Shown here: positions 44,727-54,359 of the stretch, in pieces
Numbering within the stretch: position 1 is the stretch's first letter
Layout of the letters: each line of letters starts with the position of its first letter
Source: Candidatus Zixiibacteriota bacterium
Lineage (GTDB): Bacteria > RBG-13-66-14 > B26-G2 > WVWN01
Length of the DNA stretch: 64,000 nucleotides
Assembly: GCA_030613505.1 (NCBI GenBank)
Contig: JAUWLW010000009.1
Span: forward strand, 1,110 to 65,109
Direction: 5' to 3'
Translations under genes and position numbers: made by a program
The notes under the pieces: generated by a model
Databases searched by the model: none
Seen by the model: the letters and a program-made list of their open reading frames with translations, nothing else
Told to the model about the DNA's origin: nothing

Positions 44727-46493
44727 ATGTGGGCCGCGGCTCCCGAAATAAAGGCGCTTTTGAAGGCGGCGCCGACGTTTGAGGAAGCCCGGCTGGCCGT
44801 TTTCGATTACCTCGAGGCGCGGAAGCGCGAAGTCCGGGCCGAGGAAGTCGACCTTCCCAGCTGGGAGTGGGAAGTCGTCGACGATTGTATCGACGTACTG
44901 AAAAACATTTTTTCGGCTTATTACGAAAAGTCGGCGAAATTCAGCGGCCTGCGGACCCTTTGGCAGCTGGCGCGGGGCAAGTATTCGGGGAGGCGCAAGG
45001 AGCTGTCGCCCGGGTTATTTGAGGAATTCCGACACCTTTTCCTGGGGATAGCGGGTAGGTCGCCGATCTACGAAGGCAAGGAGCTGCCGACGTATGCCGG
45101 ACTGCACGGCCGCAAGGCCGCGCTCGCGCGTTCACGGGACCTCGACCTCCTCGCGGGCGAATTGGAGGAGGGCCTGGCGCGGTATCCGTCGGGCCTCGAT
45201 GAAGATTTAATTGCAGAACGACGACGCAACGCAACGCGCGTAAGGAAACTCTTCGGCGCCACGGACGACGAGTGGGACGATTGGCATTGGCAGTTCGGTA
45301 ACGTCATTCGCGACCGCAAGACGCTACAGAAAATAATTACGCTCTCGCGCGAGGAGGCGAAGGCCGTCGACCTCGCCGCCGAGAAGGGCGTACCGTTCGG
45401 CATCACGCCGTACTACGCGTCGCTGATGCGGCGCCGTGTATCGCGGTCCCGCGTCCACGCCACCCGGGCGCAGGTGATCCCGCCGCTGGCGTACGTCCAA
45501 AGTATGGTTAAGTTCCGCGGCCGGCTCGAGTTCGAATGCGACTTCATGCTCGAGCGCGATACGTCGCCCGTGGACCTCGTGACGAGGCGTTATCCCACCA
45601 TCGCGATCTTAAAGCCCTACAGCGGTTGCTTTCAAATCTGCGTTTATTGCCAGCGCAACTGGGAGGTCACCGGGACCGACCGCGTCGGGGCCGCGGCGCC
45701 CAAGAGGAAGCTCGACGCCGCCCTCGATTGGCTCGAGGCCACGCCTGCGGTCAACGAGGTCCTGGTTACCGGCGGCGACCCGCTCGCGCTGAGTGACGAC
45801 CGCCTGGAGTACATTATGGACCGGCTGGCGGCTATGTCCTCCATAGCAAGGGTGCGCCTCGGGACGCGGGCGCTGGTCGTCGCGCCCATGCGCGTTACGC
45901 AGGACCTGGCCGACCTCATAGCCCGTTATAACGAGCCCGGGCGGCGCGAGGTCGTCGTCGTGACCCATTTCGAACATTCCGCGGAGGTCACGCCGGAGGC
46001 GATGCGCGCGGTGCGGCGGTTCGGCCGGCGGGGCATCGCGGTTTACAATCAGGCGGTATTCACTTTCGCCAACTGCCGCCGCTTCGAGATGTGTAAGTTG
46101 AGATTCGACCTAAGGCGCATCGGCATCGACCCGTACTACCTCTTCAACGCCAAGGCCAAGGAGGAGCTCGACGTCTACCGCGTGCCGCTAGCGCGCCTGG
46201 AGCAGGAGCGCAAGGAGGAGGCGCGGCTGCAGTCGGGCGTCGTGCGGACCGACGCGCCGGTGTACAACATCCCGCGCCTCGGCAAGCACAACGTCATCGC
46301 CTGGCAGCATCACCGCGTCATCGCCGTCCTTCCGGACGGTCGCCGCGTGTACGAGTTCCAGCCATGGGAGAAGAATATCTCGCCGGAGGAGGTTTTCGTC
46401 GAGGCCGACGTCTCGATTTACGACTTTTTAGAATACCTCAAAGGCCGTGGCGAAAACGTAGACGAGTACAAGACGATTTGGTATTATTTCTAG
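44727..46493 (+). CDS. KamA-family radical-SAM aminomutase (lysine 2,3-aminomutase-like) with a ~170-aa N-terminal extension.
   Basis: 'WDDWHWQFGNVIRDRKTLQKII...GVPFGITPYYASLM' parallels the KamA N-terminus ('WNDWLWQL...ITPYYASLM'). Radical-SAM 'CFQICVYCQRNW' (Cx3Cx2C). 'VTGGDPLALSDDRLEYIM'. The first ~170 aa have no KamA counterpart. Confidence 0.7.
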   Translation: MWAAAPEIKALLKAAPTFEEARLAVFDYLEARKREVRAEEVDLPSWEWEVVDDCIDVLKNIFSAYYEKSAKFSGLRTLWQLARGKYSGRRKELSPGLFEEFRHLFLGIAGRSPIYEGKELPTYAGLHGRKAALARSRDLDLLAGELEEGLARYPSGLDEDLIAERRRNATRVRKLFGATDDEWDDWHWQFGNVIRDRKTLQKIITLSREEAKAVDLAAEKGVPFGITPYYASLMRRRVSRSRVHATRAQVIPPLAYVQSMVKFRGRLEFECDFMLERDTSPVDLVTRRYPTIAILKPYSGCFQICVYCQRNWEVTGTDRVGAAAPKRKLDAALDWLEATPAVNEVLVTGGDPLALSDDRLEYIMDRLAAMSSIARVRLGTRALVVAPMRVTQDLADLIARYNEPGRREVVVVTHFEHSAEVTPEAMRAVRRFGRRGIAVYNQAVFTFANCRRFEMCKLRFDLRRIGIDPYYLFNAKAKEELDVYRVPLARLEQERKEEARLQSGVVRTDAPVYNIPRLGKHNVIAWQHHRVIAVLPDGRRVYEFQPWEKNISPEEVFVEADVSIYDFLEYLKGRGENVDEYKTIWYYF

Positions 46494-46553
46494 GGGCTAG
46501 CGCGCCCGCGTCGGCCGGCCCGATTAAAGCGTTGTACATAAAGACATTTTAAG

Positions 46554-46589
46554 ATAAAAAAGCCGCCCCGCCGGGCGGCCGTTTGCTTT
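46554..46589. terminator. Bidirectional rho-independent terminator.
   Basis: AAAAAAA-GCCGCCC-cgcc-GGGCGGC-CGTTTGCTTT, between the convergent KamA-like and porin genes. Confidence 0.65.
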
Positions 46590-46601
46590 CCATAAAACGT
46601 C

Positions 46602-47663
46602 TTAGAACCTGACCTGGAACTGCGCGGAAATTTTGTCGTTGTCTATCTCGTCGCCCTCTTCTGTGAAGTGCTGGTAGTTGGCCATGAGCTTGCAGTGGTG
46701 GCCCGGGTCGAAGTGCAGGTTCACGCCGCCGGTGACGGCGTCCGCGGCGTCGTCCGGTATGTTACGGGCGGCGTCGTAGCGTTCCCAACGCGCCGCCGGT
46801 TCTACGATCTGGAGCCAGGGCCAGGGGAGCGGGTGCTTATAACTCCCATGGAGGTAACACCCGGCGTCCGAAAGGTCTACGGTGCCGCCGCCGGCGGGCT
46901 GCTGGAAGGTTTGCTCGCGGTAGAGGAGTTCTCCCTGGAAGGTGAAGCGCTCGTGGTCGAAGGCGACGCAGCCGCCGTAGCGGGCGCCGTCGCCGGTCCC
47001 GTAGGGGGCCGTGTACGGCTTACCCAGGTAGTAGTATCCCTCAAACGTTAGGCCCTTTGTCGTCGCCCAGGGAAGCGGGTTGCCGGCGACGCGGACGGCG
47101 ACGTCCTTGGCGACGTTCTCGTCGACGCGGTTCGGGCCGGAGCCGTTTACGGCCGCGACCGCCAACGATACCCAGTCCGGCCTGTCGTGGGATTGGAGTT
47201 TGAACTCGAGCTGGGCGCCGACGTCGCGCCCGAGCGGCGGCGCGACGTTTAACGTTACCATGGAGCGGTCGATTAAGAGCAACTTCGACGTCGACGTGTA
47301 CGACTCGCGGCTGAACGGCACCAAGAATTGCCCCGCCCGGAATTCTGTATACGGGATAACGTCAAGCGTACCGTACGCGTCCATTAGGGGCTTGGCACAG
47401 GCGACGTCGAAGTATATGGAGTATCCGGCGTACTTGAAGACGTCGCCCCGGAAAATAAGGCTGGCCGACCTGAGGCTGAAGGTGCTCACGGTCGGCGCGC
47501 CGACCGCGAGCTCGTCGCCGTTTTGGTACGCGTACCGGCCTATGGCGTAGCCGGATATTATCAGGTTGCCGTGGGTGGATTTGACTACTTCGTAATCGGC
47601 AGCGGCGCCGGCGACCGATATTAGAAGGATCGATATGAGATAAGGTGCGGACCTTCGAGCCAT
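46602..47663 (-). CDS. Outer-membrane porin-like beta-barrel protein.
   Basis: Signal peptide 'MARRSAPYLISILLISVAGAAA'. Alternating beta-strand pattern. C-terminal '...ISAQFQVRF'. Confidence 0.55.
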   Translation of the reverse strand: MARRSAPYLISILLISVAGAAADYEVVKSTHGNLIISGYAIGRYAYQNGDELAVGAPTVSTFSLRSASLIFRGDVFKYAGYSIYFDVACAKPLMDAYGTLDVIPYTEFRAGQFLVPFSRESYTSTSKLLLIDRSMVTLNVAPPLGRDVGAQLEFKLQSHDRPDWVSLAVAAVNGSGPNRVDENVAKDVAVRVAGNPLPWATTKGLTFEGYYYLGKPYTAPYGTGDGARYGGCVAFDHERFTFQGELLYREQTFQQPAGGGTVDLSDAGCYLHGSYKHPLPWPWLQIVEPAARWERYDAARNIPDDAADAVTGGVNLHFDPGHHCKLMANYQHFTEEGDEIDNDKISAQFQVRF

Positions 47664-47677
47664 AAATTATCATCCCG

Positions 47678-49246
47678 TTATATTGTCCAGAGCAACGTCA
47701 AGAGGGCGCAGAGGGCCGTAATGCTTAGGGAGACGAAGATAGTCTTGCGGAGGACGTTGCTTTCTTCGCCTATGGCGTCAATGATGGCTGCGGCGTTCTG
47801 GAGCTTGGCCGGGCTTATGACGGAGGCGAGGCCGCCGCCGATGCCGGAGGCCGCCGCCCAGACGAGGCCGACTATTTTTATTTTTTCCGCGAACGTCGCG
47901 GTGTCGACGTGCAGTTTGGTGAGCATCGCGATAGACGACGTCTCCGAGCCCGAGATGAAGCCGCCCAGGAGACCCAGGAAGGGGGCGACGAGGCCGTAGA
48001 GGTCGCCGAAGGTCGAGGCCGCGCCGTGGGCCAAGACGAAGACCATATTATGAAAAGGAACGGGCAATTCCCACCCCGTGGGGCCGGCGACTTTCCCTGA
48101 ATGATTGATGACGTAGGCCACGGCGAAGTATACGGCCGCGGCTATCGCCGGGCGCCAGGATCGGCGTACCCATTTCCGCGCCGCCCGGGAGAACTCTTCC
48201 CGCGTCGGCCTGAGGAACGGTAGCGCGAGGAACGTGGTTACCGTGACCCAGAAGTACGCCTGCCAGAAGAAGCGGATTTTGACCGGGGCCCCCGGTACGA
48301 CCTCGAGCGGCATGGCGAGCTTTTTGAATACGAGATCGAAGAACGGCAGGCTCGGCGTATTGGTCAGCGCCGCGGCAACGACTAGTATTATCCAGGGCGA
48401 GACGGCCGCGGCCAGCGACATGCGCGCCCGCGCCGCGCTATCCGCTTCGGTCGGTTCGCCGCGCTCGTAGAACTTTTGCCCCCGCAGAGATACGTACGCC
48501 GCCATGACGACGACGACCGCGGCGCCGGCAGCCACGCCGGTAAGCGTCGTCATGCCGACGCGGTTCATCCCTATGGCGACGAAACCCGCGGTGAGGCCGG
48601 CCACGAGCGTCGGTACGGCCCCCTTCAGCATAAGCTTGAATCGGCCCACGAGGTAGAGCATGCCGAACGCGATGCCGGTGGACATGACGGGCATGAAACG
48701 CGCGAAGTACCAGCCCGCCTCGTTGGGTTCCATGCCGGTGAGCGAGGCGAATACTACGACCGGGATGCCGAGCAGCGCGTACGTGCAGAGGGCGTCGTAA
48801 CCGAGAGCCGGCAAGGCGATGGCGACGAAGGAGGAATAGCCGAGCGCGATCATAATGGGCGGCAGTATCGACACCGGCGTGGCGCCCAGGGAGGCGAGCA
48901 GGGTCCCGAAGCCGATGTTGATGATGAGGATCTGGACGACGCGGTCGTTGCGCGCGATCCCCTTTAGCGTCGCCACCAGTCGCGTCACCGCGCCGCACTC
49001 CAACATGACGCCCATTTGAAACAACGACGCCACGACCATGAGCGTAATGGGTAGCGACTCGACTACGCCTGCGACGCTCGCGACCAAGCAGACGCGGGGA
49101 GACGTTTTGAAATAGAAAATGGCGACGGCGAGCGTGAAGAACCAGCCTATAACGCCGGCCGTATCCGCGGCCTTTTTCAGGAACGCGATGAGGCAGAAGA
49201 TAACTATTACGGGCGATAACGCAAAAAGGACGGCGAGCCACGACAT
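47678..49246 (-). CDS. lctP: L-lactate permease (LctP family).
   Basis: Polytopic protein of ~520 aa with LctP-like helices. Start set at ATG 49246, preceded by GGAGG. The track ORF extends to 49339. Confidence 0.6.
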   Translation of the reverse strand: MSWLAVLFALSPVIVIFCLIAFLKKAADTAGVIGWFFTLAVAIFYFKTSPRVCLVASVAGVVESLPITLMVVASLFQMGVMLECGAVTRLVATLKGIARNDRVVQILIINIGFGTLLASLGATPVSILPPIMIALGYSSFVAIALPALGYDALCTYALLGIPVVVFASLTGMEPNEAGWYFARFMPVMSTGIAFGMLYLVGRFKLMLKGAVPTLVAGLTAGFVAIGMNRVGMTTLTGVAAGAAVVVVMAAYVSLRGQKFYERGEPTEADSAARARMSLAAAVSPWIILVVAAALTNTPSLPFFDLVFKKLAMPLEVVPGAPVKIRFFWQAYFWVTVTTFLALPFLRPTREEFSRAARKWVRRSWRPAIAAAVYFAVAYVINHSGKVAGPTGWELPVPFHNMVFVLAHGAASTFGDLYGLVAPFLGLLGGFISGSETSSIAMLTKLHVDTATFAEKIKIVGLVWAAASGIGGGLASVISPAKLQNAAAIIDAIGEESNVLRKTIFVSLSITALCALLTLLWTI

Positions 49247-49376
49247 CGGCGCGAGACCTCCGGAAAAATAAATTAAATTAAAACTAACACGGCCGGACGA
49301 CCTAGGCAAGGCAAATAATATTGCTACGTACGTTGCCAAGTTAACCTAATATCGAAGCCGATACCGGCCCAAATGG

Positions 49377-49402
49377 AAAACCGCCCCCGAGAGGGCGGCG
49401 TT
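49377..49402 (-). terminator. Hairpin terminator after the proline dehydrogenase gene.
   Basis: CCGCCC-ccgaga-GGGCGG, with a UUUUCC run on the minus-strand transcript. Confidence 0.4.
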
Positions 49403-49421
49403 TATAGGGGGCCTTTCCGGG

Positions 49422-50330
49422 TTATGTAAGTTCGTATTTAACGAAGATGTTGCGGAAGATTTGACCGGCGAGGCGGGGATTTTCCTTCAGGCGACGGGTG
49501 GAGTACGCGTACCAGGCGGTCCCGAAGGGGACGTAGATGCGGAGCTTGTGGCCCGCTGCCACGATTGTATCGCGGAGTTTGGCGTCCACGCCCAGGAGCA
49601 TCTGGAATTCATATTGATCGCGCTCGAGGCCGTACTCGTAGACCGCGCGCAACCCCTCCCAGACCATCTTCTCGTCGTGGGTAGCGATGCCGACGTAGCA
49701 CCCGCCGTCCAGAAGGACGTCGAGCAGGAGGCTGAAGTTGGCGTTTACTACGGCTTTGTCCTTGTAGGCCAGTTCCCGCGGCTCGTTGTAGATACCCTTG
49801 CACAGGCGAAGGTTGGCCTTGGCCGCGGCGAGCCCCGCGCAATCGGCCAGGCTGCGACGGAGGTACGATTGGATAACGGTGCCGACGTTGTCGTACCTCT
49901 CGCGAAGGGCGTAATATACGTCGAGGGTATCCTGGGTGCAAGAAGAGTCTTCCATGTCGACGCGGACGAAGTTGCCGTAGCGCTTAACCTCGTCGCAAAT
50001 GGCGGCGACGTTTTCCCGGCAGAACGCCTTGTCTATTTTTAAGCCTAACATAGTCGGTTTGAGGGAGATATTCGAGTCGAGTTTTTCGGCGTCTATAGCC
50101 GCGAGGACTTTCTTGTAGGCCTCCACCGCGGCCAACGCTTCGTCGCGGTCGTCGATTTCCTCGCCAAGGATGTCTATCGTGGCGCATATTCCGCGATTGT
50201 TTAACGCTTTGACAACGCGGACGGCGTCTTCCAGTTTGTCGCCGGCGATGTAGCGGCCGGCGAAGCGCCGCACCAGCGGCCGTGGAACGAGCGGCAGCGT
50301 CGCGACGATGGCTTTGTTGAACAAGCTCAT
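49422..50330 (-). CDS. Proline dehydrogenase (monofunctional PRODH).
   Basis: TIM-barrel PRODH pattern 'ATIDILGEEI...LSIKPTALG'-like and 'RLCKGIYNEP'. 302 aa. Confidence 0.7.
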   Translation of the reverse strand: MSLFNKAIVATLPLVPRPLVRRFAGRYIAGDKLEDAVRVVKALNNRGICATIDILGEEIDDRDEALAAVEAYKKVLAAIDAEKLDSNISLKPTMLGLKIDKAFCRENVAAICDEVKRYGNFVRVDMEDSSCTQDTLDVYYALRERYDNVGTVIQSYLRRSLADCAGLAAAKANLRLCKGIYNEPRELAYKDKAVVNANFSLLLDVLLDGGCYVGIATHDEKMVWEGLRAVYEYGLERDQYEFQMLLGVDAKLRDTIVAAGHKLRIYVPFGTAWYAYSTRRLKENPRLAGQIFRNIFVKYELT

Positions 50331-50502
50331 CCGGTGCTCCTCCTGCGACGGTAGAATGAACGTTAAGTCCGTACTTTACGGCGGCGTTGTACCCGCCGAC
50401 GGCATCCACTTAATATATCGTAACGAAGGCCGGCTATCAAGCCCCGGTAACGATAGACGGGGCCCGAGCCTTCCGATAGCCGTTAGCGTACGTAGGCGAA
50501 TT

Positions 50503-52254
50503 TTAACGAGTGATTACCAATCGCCGGTTTAGCGTTCCGTTGGCCGTTCGGAGGCGGTAGACGTAAACGCCGGGCGCCAGCGGCCGGCCCGCCTCGTCGG
50601 CTACGTTCCAGGCGATCTCTTTGGCGCCGGCGGCGGCGTGGCCTTCGTAGAGGGTCCGTATTTTGCGGCCGGCGTAGTCGTAGACCTCGAGCGCGACGGC
50701 CCCGGGTTGGGCCAGCTCGAACTTGATGGTCGTGGCGTCTCGGGCCGGGTTAGGCCGGTTCTGATAAAGGGCCGCGCCTTTCGGCAGCGCCTTGCCCGAC
50801 GCCCGCCCCTTGACCGGGCCGAAGGTCGACGTTTCCCCCTTCAAGTCCACGCCCTCGAGCAGGTACTCGTAATCGCGGCCCGCTTCGACGCCCCGGTCGA
50901 CGTAGTTATATGGCGAGCGGCCGGCGACGAGGTTCTCGTTGAGCTTCGCGTAATCGACCGTCGCCGGTCCTTCCGCGGTCGGCCGGCGGTAGAGGTTGAA
51001 GCCCGCCACGTCGCGTTCGTTCGCGACTTCCCAATGAAGCGTTACGCCGCCGGCGGCGGCCTCGGCCCGGAACGACGTTACGTTTACGGGTAACTCCGAA
51101 AAGCCGAGCTTAAGGAGTTTGAGAAGCACCGGATATTGTTCGGCGCAGGTGATGGGGATTTGGTAGGCCGGCGGTTGTTGGGAGGTATCGATCTCGAACG
51201 TGAAGCCCCAGCACTTGTCGTGGCCTTTACCGTCGTATTCCCAATCGCACGCCGTCCCGCTCCCCAGGTAGCGCAACGTTTCCCAGAAATTGCCGTGCCG
51301 CCACCCCGATAAAGTTTCTATGAGATATAACGAGACGTTTTTGAAGTACGTATAATCGGGCTCGGGGGGATGGCCGTAATCGTGGTTCCAGGGATACATG
51401 CAATATCGGCCGGACGAGTGATAATTTAGGGCGTAATTAAACTGGTGTTCGTTGCTATTGACGAGGTCGCGGATAGCTTGGGTTTCCGGTTCCGAAAAGG
51501 CGTAGGGGCCGCAATAGGTAGAGGCGTTCGGGTTGTGACTGCACCCCGGTACTTTACCCCACTCGTAGTCGTAATTACGGTTGAGGTCGACGCCGTAGCT
51601 CCCGCCGCCGTTGTCTCGGCGGTTTTTTCGCCACCTGTTGTAAACCTTGAAGACGTGGTTGTGGCCGTCAGGGTTAAGCATGGGGATTATCCAGGTCTCG
51701 ACGTTATCGACTATCAGCTTGACGTCGGGATCGGTCGGGTATTTCTCGCATAATTTCTTGGCGAGGTAAAGCGGCACCTCGACCGTCATGATCTCGTTGG
51801 CGTGGTGGTTGCCGTCTATGAGGATATCCTTTTCGGCTGCCTCGTGCGTCGCGACGTTGTCTGATATCTTCAGCGCCCAGATTTCGCGTTTCTCCCACGT
51901 ATCGCCGACGTCGTAGAGCCTGCAGATATTCGGGTAGGTGCTGGCGAGCCCTTGTAATATGGAAACCATCTCGTCGTACTCGGTATACTCGGAGGGCGGC
52001 GCGTCGGCGGTATCGATTTCGTCCAGAACGTCGTAGGAGATACTTTTAAGGCCAAGGACGGCGAGGTCGTCGGCCGACGCGTATAGGTCAAAGTGACCGG
52101 CGGCGTCCGCCCCGGCGACGTCGAAATCGTAGCGTCGCAGGTCGGCCATAAGGCGAGCCGGGTCGGCGTACGCGCGCGTTAAGTAAACGGTATCCGCGGC
52201 GGCTCCCGCGGCCAACGCAGCGACCACGGTTACAAATAATACTACGCTTTTCAC
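50503..52254 (-). CDS. Secreted M14 zinc carboxypeptidase with a C-terminal FlgD-Ig/T9SS-CTD-like domain (paralog 1).
   Basis: Signal peptide. 'GNHHANEIMT' HxxE zinc site. 'MLNPDGHNHV'. The C-terminal '...YQNRPNPARDATTIKFELAQPGAVALEVYDYAGRKIRTLY...GVYVYRLRTANG' domain is present. Confidence 0.8.
   Translation of the reverse strand: MKSVVLFVTVVAALAAGAAADTVYLTRAYADPARLMADLRRYDFDVAGADAAGHFDLYASADDLAVLGLKSISYDVLDEIDTADAPPSEYTEYDEMVSILQGLASTYPNICRLYDVGDTWEKREIWALKISDNVATHEAAEKDILIDGNHHANEIMTVEVPLYLAKKLCEKYPTDPDVKLIVDNVETWIIPMLNPDGHNHVFKVYNRWRKNRRDNGGGSYGVDLNRNYDYEWGKVPGCSHNPNASTYCGPYAFSEPETQAIRDLVNSNEHQFNYALNYHSSGRYCMYPWNHDYGHPPEPDYTYFKNVSLYLIETLSGWRHGNFWETLRYLGSGTACDWEYDGKGHDKCWGFTFEIDTSQQPPAYQIPITCAEQYPVLLKLLKLGFSELPVNVTSFRAEAAAGGVTLHWEVANERDVAGFNLYRRPTAEGPATVDYAKLNENLVAGRSPYNYVDRGVEAGRDYEYLLEGVDLKGETSTFGPVKGRASGKALPKGAALYQNRPNPARDATTIKFELAQPGAVALEVYDYAGRKIRTLYEGHAAAGAKEIAWNVADEAGRPLAPGVYVYRLRTANGTLNRRLVITR
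50556..51204. repeat. ~650-bp segment ~97% identical to 52401..53049 (3' third of the tandem M14 genes).
   Basis: Direct comparison of the two stretches shows only scattered single-nucleotide differences at a constant offset of 1845 nt. Additional short identical blocks occur near 51780-51900 and 53620-53740. Confidence 0.8.
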
Positions 52255-52280
52255 GCCGTCACCTCCTCGGGGTAACCGTT

Positions 52281-52317
52281 AAAAAAGCCCGGTTCGGCGC
52301 GAGCGCCGCCGGGCTTT
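52281..52317 (-). terminator. Rho-independent terminator of M14 paralog 2.
   Basis: On the minus strand: GCCCGGCGGCGCTCGCGCCGAACCGGGC followed by TTTTTT. Confidence 0.65.
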
Positions 52318-52347
52318 CGTCATTATTATCTGTTAGGTCGTCTCAAG

Positions 52348-54096
52348 TTAACGGGTTACGACCAAGCGCCGACTGAGCGTTTCGGCGCTCGTCCGCAGCC
52401 GGTAGACGTAAACGCCGGGCGCCAGCGGCCGGCCCGCCTCGTCGGCTACGTTCCAGGCGACCTCTGTGGCGCCGGCGTCGGCGTGGCCTTCAAAAAGCGG
52501 CCGTATTTTGCGGCCGGCGTAGTCGTAGACCTCGAGCGCGACGGCCCCGGGTTGGGCCAGCTCGAACTTGATGGTCGTGGCGTCTCGAGCCGGGTTAGGC
52601 CGGTTCTGATAAAGGGCCGCGCCTTTCGGCAGCGCCTTGCCCGACGCCCGTCCCTTGACCGGGCCGAAGGTCGACGTGCCCCCCTTCAAGTCCACGCCCT
52701 CGAGCAGGTATTCGTAGTCGCGGCCCGCCTCGGCGCCGCGGTCGACGTAGTTATACGGCGAGCGGCCGGCGATGAGGTTTTTGTTGAGCTTCGCGTAATC
52801 GACCGGCGCCGGCCCTTCCGCGGTCGGCCGGCGGTAGAGGTTGAAGCCCGCCACGTCGCGTTCGTTGGCGACTTCCCAGTGAAGCGCTACGCCGCCGGCG
52901 GCGGCCTCGGCCCGGAACGACGTTACGTTTACGGGTAACTCCGAAAAGCCGAGCTTAAGGAGTTTGAGGAGCACCGGATATTGTTCGGCGCAGGTGATGG
53001 GGATTTGGTAGGCCGGCGGTTGTTGGGAGGTATCGATCTCGAACGTGAAACCCCAATCTTTGGGGTGGCCTTTACCGTCGTATTCCCAGTCTACGGCGTT
53101 GCCGGAGGCCAAGTAGCGAAGGATTTCCCAGTCGTTGCCGTGCCGCCAGCCTGGCAAGGTCTCGAGCAGGTACGTCGCGACGTTCTTGTAATACGTGTAA
53201 TGGGGCTCCGGCGGGTGGCCGTAGGTATAAGCCCACGGGTAGAGCATGGCCCGGCCGGAGGAGTGGTAGTTTAACGTATACGCGAATTGGTGGTTAACGT
53301 CGTTGATGAGGTCCCGGATCGCCTGGTTCTCCGGTTCGGAAAAAGGGGAGGGGCCGCAGTAAGTCCTATCATTGGGGTTATGGCTCGCGCCGGATTCGCC
53401 CCAGTGATAGTCGTAGTTGCGGTTGAGGTCGACGCCGTAGATGCCGCCGCCGTTGTCGCGGCGGTTCTTACGCCACCTGTTATCCTCCGTGAAAACCCAG
53501 TTGTGGCCGTCCGGGTTGAGCATGGGGATTATCCATGTCTCGACGTTATCGACTATCAGCTTCACGCCGGGGTCGGTCGCGTATTTCTCGCACAAGTTCT
53601 TGGCGAGGTAAAGCGGCACCTCGACCGTCATGATCTCGTTGGCGTGGTGGCAACCGTTTATAAGGATGTCTTTCTCCGCCGTCTCGTGCGTCGCGACGTT
53701 GTCTGATATCTTCAGCGCCCAGATTTCACGCTTCTCCCAGGTGTCGCCGACGTCGTAAAGTTTACAAATATTGGGGTAGGTATTCGCGAACCCTTGCAAT
53801 ATCGGTACCATCTCATGGTACTCAGTGTACTCCGGAGGAGGTGCGTCGGAGGTATCGATTTCGTCCAGAACGTCGTAGGAGATACCTTTAAGGCCAAGGA
53901 CGGCGAGGTCGTCGGCCGACGCGTATAGGTCGAAGTGGTCGCCGGGTACGGCGCCGTCTACGTCGAAGTCGTACTCCGCCAGATCGGTCATAAGGCGGGA
54001 CGGGTCCGCGTAGGCGCGCGTCCAATAAAGCGTGTCCGCGGACGCGCCGGCGGCCAGGGCGGTTCCTAAGATTGTGACAACTACTATAGCTCTCAT
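52348..54096 (-). CDS. Secreted M14 zinc carboxypeptidase with a C-terminal FlgD-Ig/T9SS-CTD-like domain (paralog 2).
   Basis: Same motifs as paralog 1 ('NGCHHANEIMT', 'MLNPDGHNWV'). ~75% aa identity over the catalytic domain. Near-identical C-terminal third. Confidence 0.8.
   Translation of the reverse strand: MRAIVVVTILGTALAAGASADTLYWTRAYADPSRLMTDLAEYDFDVDGAVPGDHFDLYASADDLAVLGLKGISYDVLDEIDTSDAPPPEYTEYHEMVPILQGFANTYPNICKLYDVGDTWEKREIWALKISDNVATHETAEKDILINGCHHANEIMTVEVPLYLAKNLCEKYATDPGVKLIVDNVETWIIPMLNPDGHNWVFTEDNRWRKNRRDNGGGIYGVDLNRNYDYHWGESGASHNPNDRTYCGPSPFSEPENQAIRDLINDVNHQFAYTLNYHSSGRAMLYPWAYTYGHPPEPHYTYYKNVATYLLETLPGWRHGNDWEILRYLASGNAVDWEYDGKGHPKDWGFTFEIDTSQQPPAYQIPITCAEQYPVLLKLLKLGFSELPVNVTSFRAEAAAGGVALHWEVANERDVAGFNLYRRPTAEGPAPVDYAKLNKNLIAGRSPYNYVDRGAEAGRDYEYLLEGVDLKGGTSTFGPVKGRASGKALPKGAALYQNRPNPARDATTIKFELAQPGAVALEVYDYAGRKIRPLFEGHADAGATEVAWNVADEAGRPLAPGVYVYRLRTSAETLSRRLVVTR
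52401..53049. repeat. Second copy of the ~650-bp near-identical segment (see 50556..51204).
   Basis: As above. Confidence 0.8.
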
Positions 54097-54359
54097 CTGA
54101 GCTCCTCGTTCAGGTTTACAGGGCGGGCCTTTATACGTTTACTAAATAACGCCATCGTGGCGCAACGTATCGCTTTACCTATAGCGTTACCCCAAGCTTA
54201 TTAATAAATAATCCTCATTGTCAACAATTAATATATTAGGCGCTCGGAAGCCCTAAACCTTTATTATTCAATAAGATACGTGTGTTAAGCAAGTTTTTTT
54301 CCACATACTATTAACATAGTCGTTATTTGGCGGAAGCGCCTTATTTCTTTGGGGTTGCG

